Source: Thermodesulfobacteriota bacterium
Lineage (GTDB): Bacteria; Desulfobacterota; Binatia; Bin18
Direction: 5' to 3'
Length of the DNA stretch: 64,000 nt
NCBI GenBank assembly: GCA_964291405.2
Contig: OZ219926.1
Coordinates: 1,024,001-1,088,000 of the forward strand
Part shown: piece after piece, positions 30,362-38,669 of the stretch
Numbering within the stretch: the stretch's first letter is position 1
Layout of the letters: the number at the start of each line of letters is the position of its first letter
Made by a program: the position numbers and the translations under genes
Notes under the pieces: generated by a model
The model's database searches: none
The model's input: the letters and a program-made list of their open reading frames with translations, nothing else
What the model was told of the DNA's origin: nothing

Positions 30362-30559
30362 ATGCCGCTTTTGTCTCACATCATCGGCCTGGTGCTGTGC
30401 ATCGTGTGGGTCTTCAGCCTGTGGTTGCTCCTGGCCGGCCGTCGCTGGTTTCCCTCGCGCAAGCCGCTCCGGCCGCTGGCGCTCCTGGGCGGCATGCTGC
30501 TCTTTTTCGTTTTAAGCCTGACCGGAATGGTTTACCTGCAACTCCTGTTCCCAAGTTGA
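30362..30559 (+). CDS. small membrane protein (two TM helices)
   Basis: 65-aa C-terminal part of ORF 30047-30559 with two hydrophobic stretches separated by a basic loop. Confidence 0.6.
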   Translation: MPLLSHIIGLVLCIVWVFSLWLLLAGRRWFPSRKPLRPLALLGGMLLFFVLSLTGMVYLQLLFPS

Positions 30560-30692
30560 TGCTGCGGGTCGCGGCAATAAAACTCGGCGCAAGGATAAGG
30601 GCCTATTGAAGGAGAGGCTTCCGTAGGGGGAGCAGTTCCCCCACTTCGTACGCTGATCCATCATGTGTGAGGTCAAGACAGCATATGTAGGC

Positions 30693-30721
30693 TTGCCAGA
30701 CTGTAGCCATCAGGCTACATT
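30693..30721 (+). promoter_or_regulatory. sigma70-like promoter with overlapping operator palindrome
   Basis: TTGCCA-17nt-TACATT; palindrome TGTAGCC-ATCA-GGCTACA at 30702-30719; ATG 6 nt after the -10. Confidence 0.65.
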
Positions 30722-30727
30722 TCTCTT

Positions 30728-31075
30728 ATGGTTCGGGTCGTCCACTACGTTTCCGAAGACGGCACCGATTACTTTGATACGTGGTTTCGGACCCAATCGC
30801 CACAGGTCCGCGCCCGTATCCAAACCCGTATCGACCGTATGGAGTTGGGGAACTTTGGAGATCACAAAAGCGTCGGCGGAGGGGTCTCTGAACTACGAAT
30901 CGCCTTCGGTCCGGGCTACCGGCTGTATTATGGCCGTGAGGGGAATACGCTGGTGGTTCTGTTGGGCGGGGGGACGAAGGCACGCCAAGCTCGCGCTATT
31001 GCCACCGTGCGATCCTGCTGGCAGGCGTACAAACAGGAGAGACGATATGCCCGTCAAAGCTCATCAGGCGAGTGA
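30728..31075 (+). CDS. RelE/ParE-like addiction module killer protein (HigB-type order)
   Basis: GNFGDHKSVGGGVSELRIAFGPGYRLYY, LLGGGTKARQ. Confidence 0.93.
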   Translation: MVRVVHYVSEDGTDYFDTWFRTQSPQVRARIQTRIDRMELGNFGDHKSVGGGVSELRIAFGPGYRLYYGREGNTLVVLLGGGTKARQARAIATVRSCWQAYKQERRYARQSSSGE

Positions 31076-31331
31076 TTATCTCAAGACACCGGAAGACGTC
31101 GCGGCGTATCTGAACGCGGCGATTGAGGAGATGGGGGAGGACCCGCGCTTGCTCATGAAAGCTCTGCGCAACGTCGCCGCGGCGCAAGGCGGCGTGTCCG
31201 CGCTGGCGCGGCAGGCCAAGCTGGACCGGGTGGCGTTGTCTCGCGCCCTGTCCGGTCGACGTCATCCGCGACTGGACACGCTCGCCAAAGTAGCCGCCGC
31301 GTGCGGTGTCAAGCTTCAGTTCTCGGCGTAG
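31047..31331 (+). CDS. addiction module antidote protein (HTH antitoxin)
   Basis: DYLKTPEDVAAYLNAA...LSRALSG..HPRLDTL; AGGAGA RBS. Confidence 0.92.
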   Translation: MPVKAHQASDYLKTPEDVAAYLNAAIEEMGEDPRLLMKALRNVAAAQGGVSALARQAKLDRVALSRALSGRRHPRLDTLAKVAAACGVKLQFSA

Positions 31332-31474
31332 TATGGGTACTGGCCTAAGTGAGGATGCAGTGCCTATGTCTCACTCGATATCGAGCGCATCATGGATCTT
31401 TGCGCACCGCAACGAATACCTACTCTCCGAGTAAGCACCACCGTAATCACCTCATCAACACGAAGGAGAATATC

Positions 31475-31966
31475 GTGAAGCTATTCATCGCAATTCTTAT
31501 CATTGTCGTGACCGGGACATGGGGACAAGCGCAAGAAGGGAAAGCCACGAACACTCACCCCCTCTCCTTCGGGTTTGACCAAACCATCATTGACTTGAAT
31601 AAACTGGAGTGGGCTTCTCTGGAACATGAAGGCGTGCCACCTGGGGCAGAGATTGCCGTCCTGCGGGGGAGATTCGAAGGGGGACCGTTGGAAGTTGTGG
31701 TCCGGCTGCCCGCGAATTATACCTTTCCCAACCACAGTCACACCAGTGCGGAGGTATATCTCTGGATAACTGGAGACTTTACCTATGTCGCTGCCGATGG
31801 AACGTCAGTTGACCTCAGCGGCCAGAGCTTCATCAGTCTGCCTGGCAGCACTCCTCATGCGTTAATATGTCAGGAGGCTCCCTGCATGTTTTATGTGCGG
31901 TACGCCCGATCCTTTAACATGCAGATTCACCCGATGCCGGAATTAAAGCCTTTAGCCCTGGAGTAA
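31475..31966 (+). CDS. exported cupin-domain protein (DUF4437-like)
   Basis: signal peptide after AAGGAG; HSHT..E and PH cupin metal motifs. Confidence 0.8.
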   Translation: MKLFIAILIIVVTGTWGQAQEGKATNTHPLSFGFDQTIIDLNKLEWASLEHEGVPPGAEIAVLRGRFEGGPLEVVVRLPANYTFPNHSHTSAEVYLWITGDFTYVAADGTSVDLSGQSFISLPGSTPHALICQEAPCMFYVRYARSFNMQIHPMPELKPLALE

Positions 31967-32033
31967 AGAACAATCTTTGCTCACCTGCCGGGCGGTATCG
32001 TCCCTCTGAAACTCGTCTGATGGAGACACGCCA

Positions 32034-32363
32034 GTGATTACTCTTACAAAAGACGCCAACGTCTATACGATGATCGTCCATTTTGAGATAGAGCCGGCAC
32101 ACCAACAAGAACAAATCGATGCGATTGTGGAGTTTGTTGAATCCGTCGTGAAGCATCAGCCCGGATTTCTGTCTGCCACGCTGCACAAAAGCACAGATGG
32201 CACCAGGATCGTCAATTACGCCCAGTGGGAAAGCAAGGCGGCCTGGCAGGCCGCGTTTGAAAGCCCGGCAGTCAAGGTCTACGCAAAAAACCCCTTTCAG
32301 TATGCGAAACCAGATGGCCATGACTATGAGGTGTATCACGTCACAGATTGTACTGAGGGCTAG
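32034..32363 (+). CDS. antibiotic biosynthesis monooxygenase family protein
   Basis: QPGFLSATLHKSTDGTRIVNYAQWES motif. Confidence 0.88.
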   Translation: MITLTKDANVYTMIVHFEIEPAHQQEQIDAIVEFVESVVKHQPGFLSATLHKSTDGTRIVNYAQWESKAAWQAAFESPAVKVYAKNPFQYAKPDGHDYEVYHVTDCTEG

Positions 32364-32474
32364 GAGACCATTCATGCCGGCATCTTTTTCTGGAGGCGGC
32401 GTCCTCGACGGTGGATTCGGCAAATCCGGTCATGTGTTCAGCCAGTCCTCATGATGCTGATGACCGAAGGAATG

Positions 32475-32501
32475 GACCATGGTCTGATACCATGGTACGA
32501 T
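32475..32501 (+). promoter_or_regulatory. tandem operator palindromes over TA promoter
   Basis: GACCATGGTC (32475-32484) and TACCATGGTA (32488-32497); TACGAT -10-like box 6 nt before the ATG. Confidence 0.6.
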
Positions 32502-32507
32502 TCGATT

Positions 32508-32768
32508 ATGGAAGAAATTCAAATTTCGAAATTCAAGGCCACATGCTTGGCTGTCCTTGACCGTGTTGGCAGAACGGGACAGCCGGTCCTGATAACCCGT
32601 TTCGGCAAGCCGGTCGCCGAGATCATCCCTCCGACAAAGGCTCCCTCCGACGCCTGGTTAGGCGCCATGCGGAGACGGGGCGCCATCATCGGCGACCTGG
32701 TCGAGCCTGCCGCCGCGCCGGGCGACTGGGAGGTCTTGGTCGATATTCCTGGGAAGACAACCCCGTAA
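32508..32768 (+). CDS. Phd/YefM family antitoxin
   Basis: ISKFKATCLAVLDRV...VLITRFGKPVAEI. Confidence 0.92.
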   Translation: MEEIQISKFKATCLAVLDRVGRTGQPVLITRFGKPVAEIIPPTKAPSDAWLGAMRRRGAIIGDLVEPAAAPGDWEVLVDIPGKTTP

Positions 32769-33161
32769 ATGTCGTTCCTTCTTGATACGCATATCTGGCT
32801 CTGGAGTCTACTCGAACCGGACAGGCTCTCAACCACAGTGCGTCGCACCCTCACCGCGCGCGGAACGGCGCTACGCCTTGCGTCCATCAGCTTGTGGGAG
32901 ACGCTGCTGCTGGCCGAGCGGGGTCGGCTCGTCCTGGAACCGGACGGGCCGAGATGGTTGCGCAAGGCAATGTCCGAAAGTCCGGTCTCAGAAATTCCCC
33001 TCACGATGGATGTGGTGCTGGTGAGCGCGTCCATCAACCTTCCGCATCGCGACCCCGCGGACCGTCTCATCGCCGCCACTGCAAAGACATTCGATCTAAC
33101 CCTTGTCACGGCGGACCAGCGCCTGATCGAGTGCCGGGATATCAATGTTCTTGCCGCGTGA
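32769..33161 (+). CDS. VapC/PIN toxin
   Basis: LLDTHIWLW, ISLWE, HRDPADRLIAATA, LVTAD. Confidence 0.93.
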   Translation: MSFLLDTHIWLWSLLEPDRLSTTVRRTLTARGTALRLASISLWETLLLAERGRLVLEPDGPRWLRKAMSESPVSEIPLTMDVVLVSASINLPHRDPADRLIAATAKTFDLTLVTADQRLIECRDINVLAA

Positions 33162-33253
33162 GCGGTGAATGCCGTTGGCAACCAGGAGAGAGGTATTCAA
33201 CTGACGGATTCCAAGATAGGTCCCCGGGTTTTGCCAAGGACCGAGAAAGTTCT

Positions 33254-33283
33254 TGTGGTGTCAAGCTCCAGTTCTCGGCGTAG
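33254..33283 (+). repeat. duplicate of the last 30 nt of the antidote gene
   Basis: 28/30 identical to 31302-31331; both read CGVKLQFSA-stop. Confidence 0.9.
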
Positions 33284-33362
33284 CATAGATGGGCCGCTGC
33301 CATGGACACCTTACCGCCACCCCCTATACTAGTTCACTAAACTAGATTGATTGAGGGCAGCC

Positions 33363-33602
33363 ATGATTGAAGTTGGCACCTTTGAGGCAAAAACTCATTT
33401 GTCCGCCCTGCTCGAAAAAGTCAGCCAAGGGCAAGAAGTACTCATCACCAAACGGGGCGAGCCGATTGCGCGGCTGGTGCCGGCTCAACGGTCCGACCGG
33501 ACACAGGTCGCCGCTACCATTGACACCGTGTTTGAGTTTCGCAAAGGCATGAAGCTGGACGGTCTGGACTGGAAAGCTCTCCGCGATACGGGGCGCCGAT
33601 GA
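33363..33602 (+). CDS. Phd/YefM family antitoxin
   Basis: VGTFEAKTHLSALLEKV..G.EVLITKRGEPIARLVP. Confidence 0.93.
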   Translation: MIEVGTFEAKTHLSALLEKVSQGQEVLITKRGEPIARLVPAQRSDRTQVAATIDTVFEFRKGMKLDGLDWKALRDTGRR

Positions 33603-34021
33603 GCACGTTTGTACTGGACTGCTCTGTCGCACTGGCGTGGTTGTTTCAAGATGAAGCCGGCCCCAACACAGATCAACTACTCAAGGAGCTACGGGATGAT
33701 GACAGGAACGCAGTCGTCCCTCATCTCTGGCGCCTGGAGCTCGGTAACGTTCTGGTGCAGGCGGAACGACACGGCAGGATAACAGCCGCACAGCTCACGA
33801 CCGCCCTGGAGCTTGTTCGCAACCTTCCCATTACCACCGATGCCGAGACCGACAGCCGAGCATTCAGAGAGATATTGAACCTCGCCCGTGCCACATCTCT
33901 CACAACCTCCGATGCCTCTTATCTGGAACTGGCTATGCGACATGGGCTTCCCTTAGCAACGCTGGACAAAGCCCTGATTCGGGCAGCCCGCAGCGTTGCC
34001 GTGAATACCGTACCGGCCTAG
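33599..34021 (+). CDS. VapC/PIN toxin
   Basis: FVLDCSVALAW, LELGNVL, DASYLELA, LATLD; ATGA overlap with antitoxin. Confidence 0.93.
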   Translation: MSTFVLDCSVALAWLFQDEAGPNTDQLLKELRDDDRNAVVPHLWRLELGNVLVQAERHGRITAAQLTTALELVRNLPITTDAETDSRAFREILNLARATSLTTSDASYLELAMRHGLPLATLDKALIRAARSVAVNTVPA

Positions 34022-34033
34022 CTGGCAGTGCCC

Positions 34034-35155
34034 CTAATCCAGCGTATGCTGGGCCACGAGTTCACGATTCCAGGTCGCGTCACCAAAGGTCACCTCCGAG
34101 CCCTTGGCGCGCTTGAAGTAAATATGCATGTCGTGCTCCCAGGTAAAACCGATACCGCCGTGAACCTGTATGCCTTCGCTCGTCACCTGACGGTAGGCAT
34201 CGCTGCAATACGCCTTGGCCATCGCGGCGGCCAGCGCGGCATCGGGCGTCTCATTTGAGACGGCCCAGGCCGCGTAATACGTGGCCGACTTGGCTCCCTC
34301 GACCTGTACCAGCATATCGGCGCATTTATGCTGGATGGCCTGAAACGACCCGATCGGGCGGCCAAACTGCTCGCGCACCTTGGCGTATTCCACACTCATG
34401 TCCAGCACCTGTTGCGCGCCCCCACACATTTCGGCGCTCAGGGCCACTTTGCTCTGATTGATGACACGAGACAAAATATCCCAGCCCTGCCCGGGCGCTC
34501 CCAGCAGTGCGTCGGCACCGACGTGCACATTGTCCAGGGTCACTTCACACAGCTTCCGCGTCTGATCCATGGTCTTGAGCAGACGGGTTCCAAGGCCGGC
34601 CTGTTGACGGTCGAGCAGAAACAGCGCCACCCCTTCGGACGTGCGCGCGGCACAGATGATGTGATCGGCTACATGGGCGTCCGGCACAAATAATTTCACC
34701 CCGTTCAACACATACCCGCCGCCGTTCTGCTCTGCGCTGAGGTTGATGCCGGCCTCGTCCCAGCGGGCGTTTTCTTCGAGGCAGGCCAGGGTCAGCGTGG
34801 TCTGCCCGGACGCCATACCGGGCAGCAGGGCCTTTTTCTGTTCGTCGCTTCCGGCGGCCTGTACACACAGACCGCCCAGCGCCACGGTCGAAAAGAAGGG
34901 ACCGGGCAGAACGACCTTACCCATCTCTTCCAGCACCACGACCAGATCGACCATGGACAGCCCGGCCCCGCCGTATGCTTCCGGCACAATCAGCCCCATC
35001 CAGCCCAGCTCGGCCATCTTGTTCCAGACCTCGTCCGCATAGCCCCGCTCATCCTCCATCATTTGGCGGACATAGGACATGGGGCACTCGTTGCGTAAAA
35101 AGTCGGCGGCCGATTGACGCAGGAGATCCTGCTCTTCACTAAAACCGAAATCCAT
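34034..35155 (-). CDS. acyl-CoA dehydrogenase family protein
   Basis: REQFGRPIGSFQAIQH, QVHGGIGFTWEH. Confidence 0.93.
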   Translation of the reverse strand: MDFGFSEEQDLLRQSAADFLRNECPMSYVRQMMEDERGYADEVWNKMAELGWMGLIVPEAYGGAGLSMVDLVVVLEEMGKVVLPGPFFSTVALGGLCVQAAGSDEQKKALLPGMASGQTTLTLACLEENARWDEAGINLSAEQNGGGYVLNGVKLFVPDAHVADHIICAARTSEGVALFLLDRQQAGLGTRLLKTMDQTRKLCEVTLDNVHVGADALLGAPGQGWDILSRVINQSKVALSAEMCGGAQQVLDMSVEYAKVREQFGRPIGSFQAIQHKCADMLVQVEGAKSATYYAAWAVSNETPDAALAAAMAKAYCSDAYRQVTSEGIQVHGGIGFTWEHDMHIYFKRAKGSEVTFGDATWNRELVAQHTLD

Positions 35156-35224
35156 GACACCCCCACAAAAAAGAACGAGGACTGAGTATCTCCCAGTCCT
35201 CGCTATCACCCGTTACTATTTGCT

Positions 35225-36370
35225 TTAGCTATTGGCCAGAACGGTCACGCAGCCAACCGAACCCGGACCACCCAGGTTATGGGCCAAACCCACTTCCGCA
35301 TCTTTGACCTGTCGCTCACCGGCTTTACCCCATAAGTGCTGCGACACCTCGTAGATCATGCGAATACCGGTCGCGCCAATGGGATGCCCGAACGATTTCA
35401 GCCCACCCGAGGGGTTCACGGGAACCGCACCGCCGTCGATGTTCGCCCGGCCCTCGGCCACATAGCGCCAGCCCTCGCCTTTTTCGCACAGGCCGAGGTC
35501 TTCATAGTTCAGAATCTCGGTGATGGTGAAGCAGTCATGGCATTCAACCAGGTCAATATCCTTGGCCGTCATCCCGGCTTGCTCGTAGGCCGATTGGGCC
35601 GCCTGAGCCGTGGCGGGGAAGCCGGTGTAGGCGAAGCTCGGTTTCATATACGGCTCACCCGAGGTGACGGATAGGCCGATGCCTTTGACTTTTACCGGGT
35701 CCGGCCGGAGCGAGCGGGCCAGTTCTTCCTTGCAGATGATCACCGCCGCGGCCCCGTCCGTGGTCGGGCAGCAGTCCAGCAGACCGAGCGGGCTACAGAT
35801 CAGCGGCGCGTTGACGACCTGGTCTTCCGAGACTTCCATCCGAAAATGTGCCTTGGGGCTCATTGTCCCGTTGTGATGATTTTTGATGGCGACTTTGGCC
35901 AAGGCGGTCTTATCAATGCCATACGTTTCAAAGTAGCGGTTGGCCGCCATGGCAAACAGCGACGGGGCCGTCGTGCCATAGCCCACAACAGGATGGTCGC
36001 CAAACGTTCCCAGACCGCGCTGACCGGAGTCACGCAGCTTCTCAAAACCCAGCGCCAGGACCACATCGTACATGCCGGAGGCAACTGCCATGCACGCATT
36101 CCGAAACGCATCCATACCCGAGGCGCAGTAGTTTTCCACGCGGGTAATCGGGATATTGAAGAGCTTGAGCGGGTCGGCCAGGGCGTTACCGGCGCTGGCT
36201 GAGCTGAGCGTCCCGACCCAGGCGGCTTGAATCTGACTCGGATCGATGCGCGCGTCCGTATACGCGTCGAGCGCGGCCTCGACAATCATATCTTCGGCGC
36301 TCTTGTCGTAGTTTTCACCAAACTTGCTGCATCCAGCCCCAATCACCGCGACCTTGTCCCGAATATTCAT
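35225..36370 (-). CDS. acetyl-CoA acetyltransferase (SCP2-thiolase type)
   Basis: ENYCASG, HDCFT, FGHPIGATG, HNLGG. Confidence 0.92.
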   Translation of the reverse strand: MNIRDKVAVIGAGCSKFGENYDKSAEDMIVEAALDAYTDARIDPSQIQAAWVGTLSSASAGNALADPLKLFNIPITRVENYCASGMDAFRNACMAVASGMYDVVLALGFEKLRDSGQRGLGTFGDHPVVGYGTTAPSLFAMAANRYFETYGIDKTALAKVAIKNHHNGTMSPKAHFRMEVSEDQVVNAPLICSPLGLLDCCPTTDGAAAVIICKEELARSLRPDPVKVKGIGLSVTSGEPYMKPSFAYTGFPATAQAAQSAYEQAGMTAKDIDLVECHDCFTITEILNYEDLGLCEKGEGWRYVAEGRANIDGGAVPVNPSGGLKSFGHPIGATGIRMIYEVSQHLWGKAGERQVKDAEVGLAHNLGGPGSVGCVTVLANS

Positions 36371-36411
36371 ACTGCCTCCCTTCGAGGATGTTGTGTCTTG
36401 CCGATGTTCGC

Positions 36412-37812
36412 CTATTCTGCCGGTCGTGCCTTCCAGAAATAATTCTTGATCCCATAGCCTTCATGATATTTGCGAAATGTCAACTCGAGCGGCATGCCAA
36501 TTTCAACCCGATCCGCCTCACAATCCGTCAGCTGGACAAAGACGCGCCCGCCGCCCTCAAGATCAACCACGGCGTGTGTTGTTGGCGGGTCTGGCGTCTC
36601 GGTCAAATAGTCGTTCGTAAAGGTAAAGAGCCTCCCCCGCCGCGCTAGCTTGATCTCTTCCAGCCCGTCGCGATAGCCACATTCCGTACAGATGCGATGA
36701 ATGGGAAACTGAATGACGCCGCACGCCGGGCATTTGCCGCCGTACAGGGGCAGAATCTGCTTCTGGTCACGCAGCAGCACGACTGGCGTGGATTCGTCTT
36801 CCGTCGTGTAATCCTTCCGAATCAGCTTCCGAAAACGGGCGTATTTGCCGTAGGATTGCAGCGTCCGCTTGACCTCAATCTGCGAGTACACGCTCCGGGC
36901 CACCTGAAAACCGGCAATCCCGTCCGTGACCCGAAACAGCGCCGCATCACCCCCATCCCCATAGCCGGCAACCAGGATCAGATCGCCCGGCTTGGCCCGT
37001 TCAAGCACCGCGGCCAGCAGGACCAGCGGTTGGGCGGTCCCGGCGTCTCCAACCGTATTCCAAAATGTTTCCTGCACCTGGCTCTTCATATCGAATCCCA
37101 GGCTGCGCAGGGCGCTCTGCAGGGCTCTCTGGGTGGGGGCGGCAATCGCCGCGTTGGTAATATCCTTGGCTTCGAGATTGCATTTTTGCAGCAGACCCCG
37201 AACGGTTTCCGCAATAAAACGGTTATAGCCGAACTTGTTCTCAAATCCGCCGGGAAACGACTTGAGGTAGTCCTGCTCTTCGGTTCGCCAGGTCCCGATA
37301 AATTCCTGGCTGACCGTATGGGTGCCCACCAGCTCGGCGATGACGTTTTCCGAGCCAATGACCAGGGCCCCGCCGGCATCGCCGTAGTTCTGTTCTTGTA
37401 TAGTGTCCGGCTCCCCCATGCGCGCGTCGCCGGCACACACCAGGAAGAGTTCGCCTGCCTTGGCTAAATCCAAGGCGGTTAAGAGCGCCGAGGTGCCGGC
37501 GCGCAGCGAATCCGTAAAATCCATGGTCCGCAGCTCTTTCGCCGTATCCAGGACAGTGGCAACGGTGGCCGCGGCCTGCTTCTCCCGGTAGGGCGAGGTC
37601 GTTGAGGCGAAGAAGATCCCGGCGACCTCTTTCGGGTTGCGCTCGCCCAAGGCGTCTATACTCGCATTCATGGCCAGGGTCAGGCTGTCCTCATCAAAAC
37701 TGGCCAGGGCCCGCTCTCCGCCTAAGGACGGGGTGTCCCACTCTTTGGCGATCACATCGCGCGGGAGACGATAGGAAGGGATATACGATCCATACGAAAC
37801 AATGCCGACCAT
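36412..37812 (-). CDS. HMG-CoA synthase-like domain fused to DUF35 Zn-ribbon/OB domain
   Basis: GIVSYGSYIP.YRL, DEDSLTLA N-terminus; C-terminal CPACG...CTECG and OB fold. Confidence 0.88.
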   Translation of the reverse strand: MVGIVSYGSYIPSYRLPRDVIAKEWDTPSLGGERALASFDEDSLTLAMNASIDALGERNPKEVAGIFFASTTSPYREKQAAATVATVLDTAKELRTMDFTDSLRAGTSALLTALDLAKAGELFLVCAGDARMGEPDTIQEQNYGDAGGALVIGSENVIAELVGTHTVSQEFIGTWRTEEQDYLKSFPGGFENKFGYNRFIAETVRGLLQKCNLEAKDITNAAIAAPTQRALQSALRSLGFDMKSQVQETFWNTVGDAGTAQPLVLLAAVLERAKPGDLILVAGYGDGGDAALFRVTDGIAGFQVARSVYSQIEVKRTLQSYGKYARFRKLIRKDYTTEDESTPVVLLRDQKQILPLYGGKCPACGVIQFPIHRICTECGYRDGLEEIKLARRGRLFTFTNDYLTETPDPPTTHAVVDLEGGGRVFVQLTDCEADRVEIGMPLELTFRKYHEGYGIKNYFWKARPAE

Positions 37813-37847
37813 AGTATTCAGCGCTCCGTTTTCTCGTGTGACGCGGC

Positions 37848-38642
37848 TTAATTGAGCCGGCTCTCCGGGATGCCCGCGCGGGTCATGCAGCCGTCAACCT
37901 GGAGGTTGACGCCGTTCACATATCCCCCCGCCTTTGAGGCCAGGAACACGCACGGCCAGGCCACTTCGAGACCCGTCCCAAAGCGATTCAGGGCGGTTGA
38001 GCCGGTGGCTTTGTCTTGCAGTTCCTTGGTTGGCCACAGGACTTCCTTGACCCCCGGGGTTTCGATCGGACCGGGCGAGATGCAGTTCACGCGAATGCCA
38101 TAGTCGGCCCACTCAATGGCCAGGGAGCGGGTCAAATTGATGATCCCCGCCTTTGCCGCCCCATAGTGCGACATCGTGGCCGAACCAAACACCCCGGCGT
38201 CCGACGAAATATTAATGATACTGCCGCCGGTCTTCTTTTCCATCATCACCAGGGCCGCGGCCTTGGAAAAGAGAAAGGTGCCGTTCAGATTGATAGCCAC
38301 AATGGCGCCGAACCCATTCGCCGAGATCTCGTGGGCGTTGGCCACAAAGCTCGCCCCGGCGTTATTGATCAAAATATCGACCCGACCCCAGTTCTGGACG
38401 GTTTTCTCGATCACCGCCTCGACCTGATCGTTTTTGCGCACATCGCACACGATAGCGTCAACTTCGCCGCCATCCTTTTTGATCCCTTCCGCAACCGGGC
38501 CCAGGTGGTCCATCGTCCGGCTGGTAATCATCACCGGAGCACCACGGCGGCAGAACTCAGCCGCGATTTCCGCCCCGATTCCGGTGCCGCCGCCGGTGAC
38601 AACAGTGACTTTTCCCGCAATATCAAACGCCGCGTCGGTCAT
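37848..38642 (-). CDS. SDR family oxidoreductase
   Basis: TGGGTGIG, NNAG, YGAAKAG. Confidence 0.93.
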   Translation of the reverse strand: MTDAAFDIAGKVTVVTGGGTGIGAEIAAEFCRRGAPVMITSRTMDHLGPVAEGIKKDGGEVDAIVCDVRKNDQVEAVIEKTVQNWGRVDILINNAGASFVANAHEISANGFGAIVAINLNGTFLFSKAAALVMMEKKTGGSIINISSDAGVFGSATMSHYGAAKAGIINLTRSLAIEWADYGIRVNCISPGPIETPGVKEVLWPTKELQDKATGSTALNRFGTGLEVAWPCVFLASKAGGYVNGVNLQVDGCMTRAGIPESRLN

Positions 38643-38669
38643 AGTCTTTTTTACTCCCCAGTGTACACC

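Noticed and set aside
30600-34030. Integron cassette array
   Set aside because: No integron integrase and no convincing RYYYAAC...GTTRRRY attC structures between the genes.
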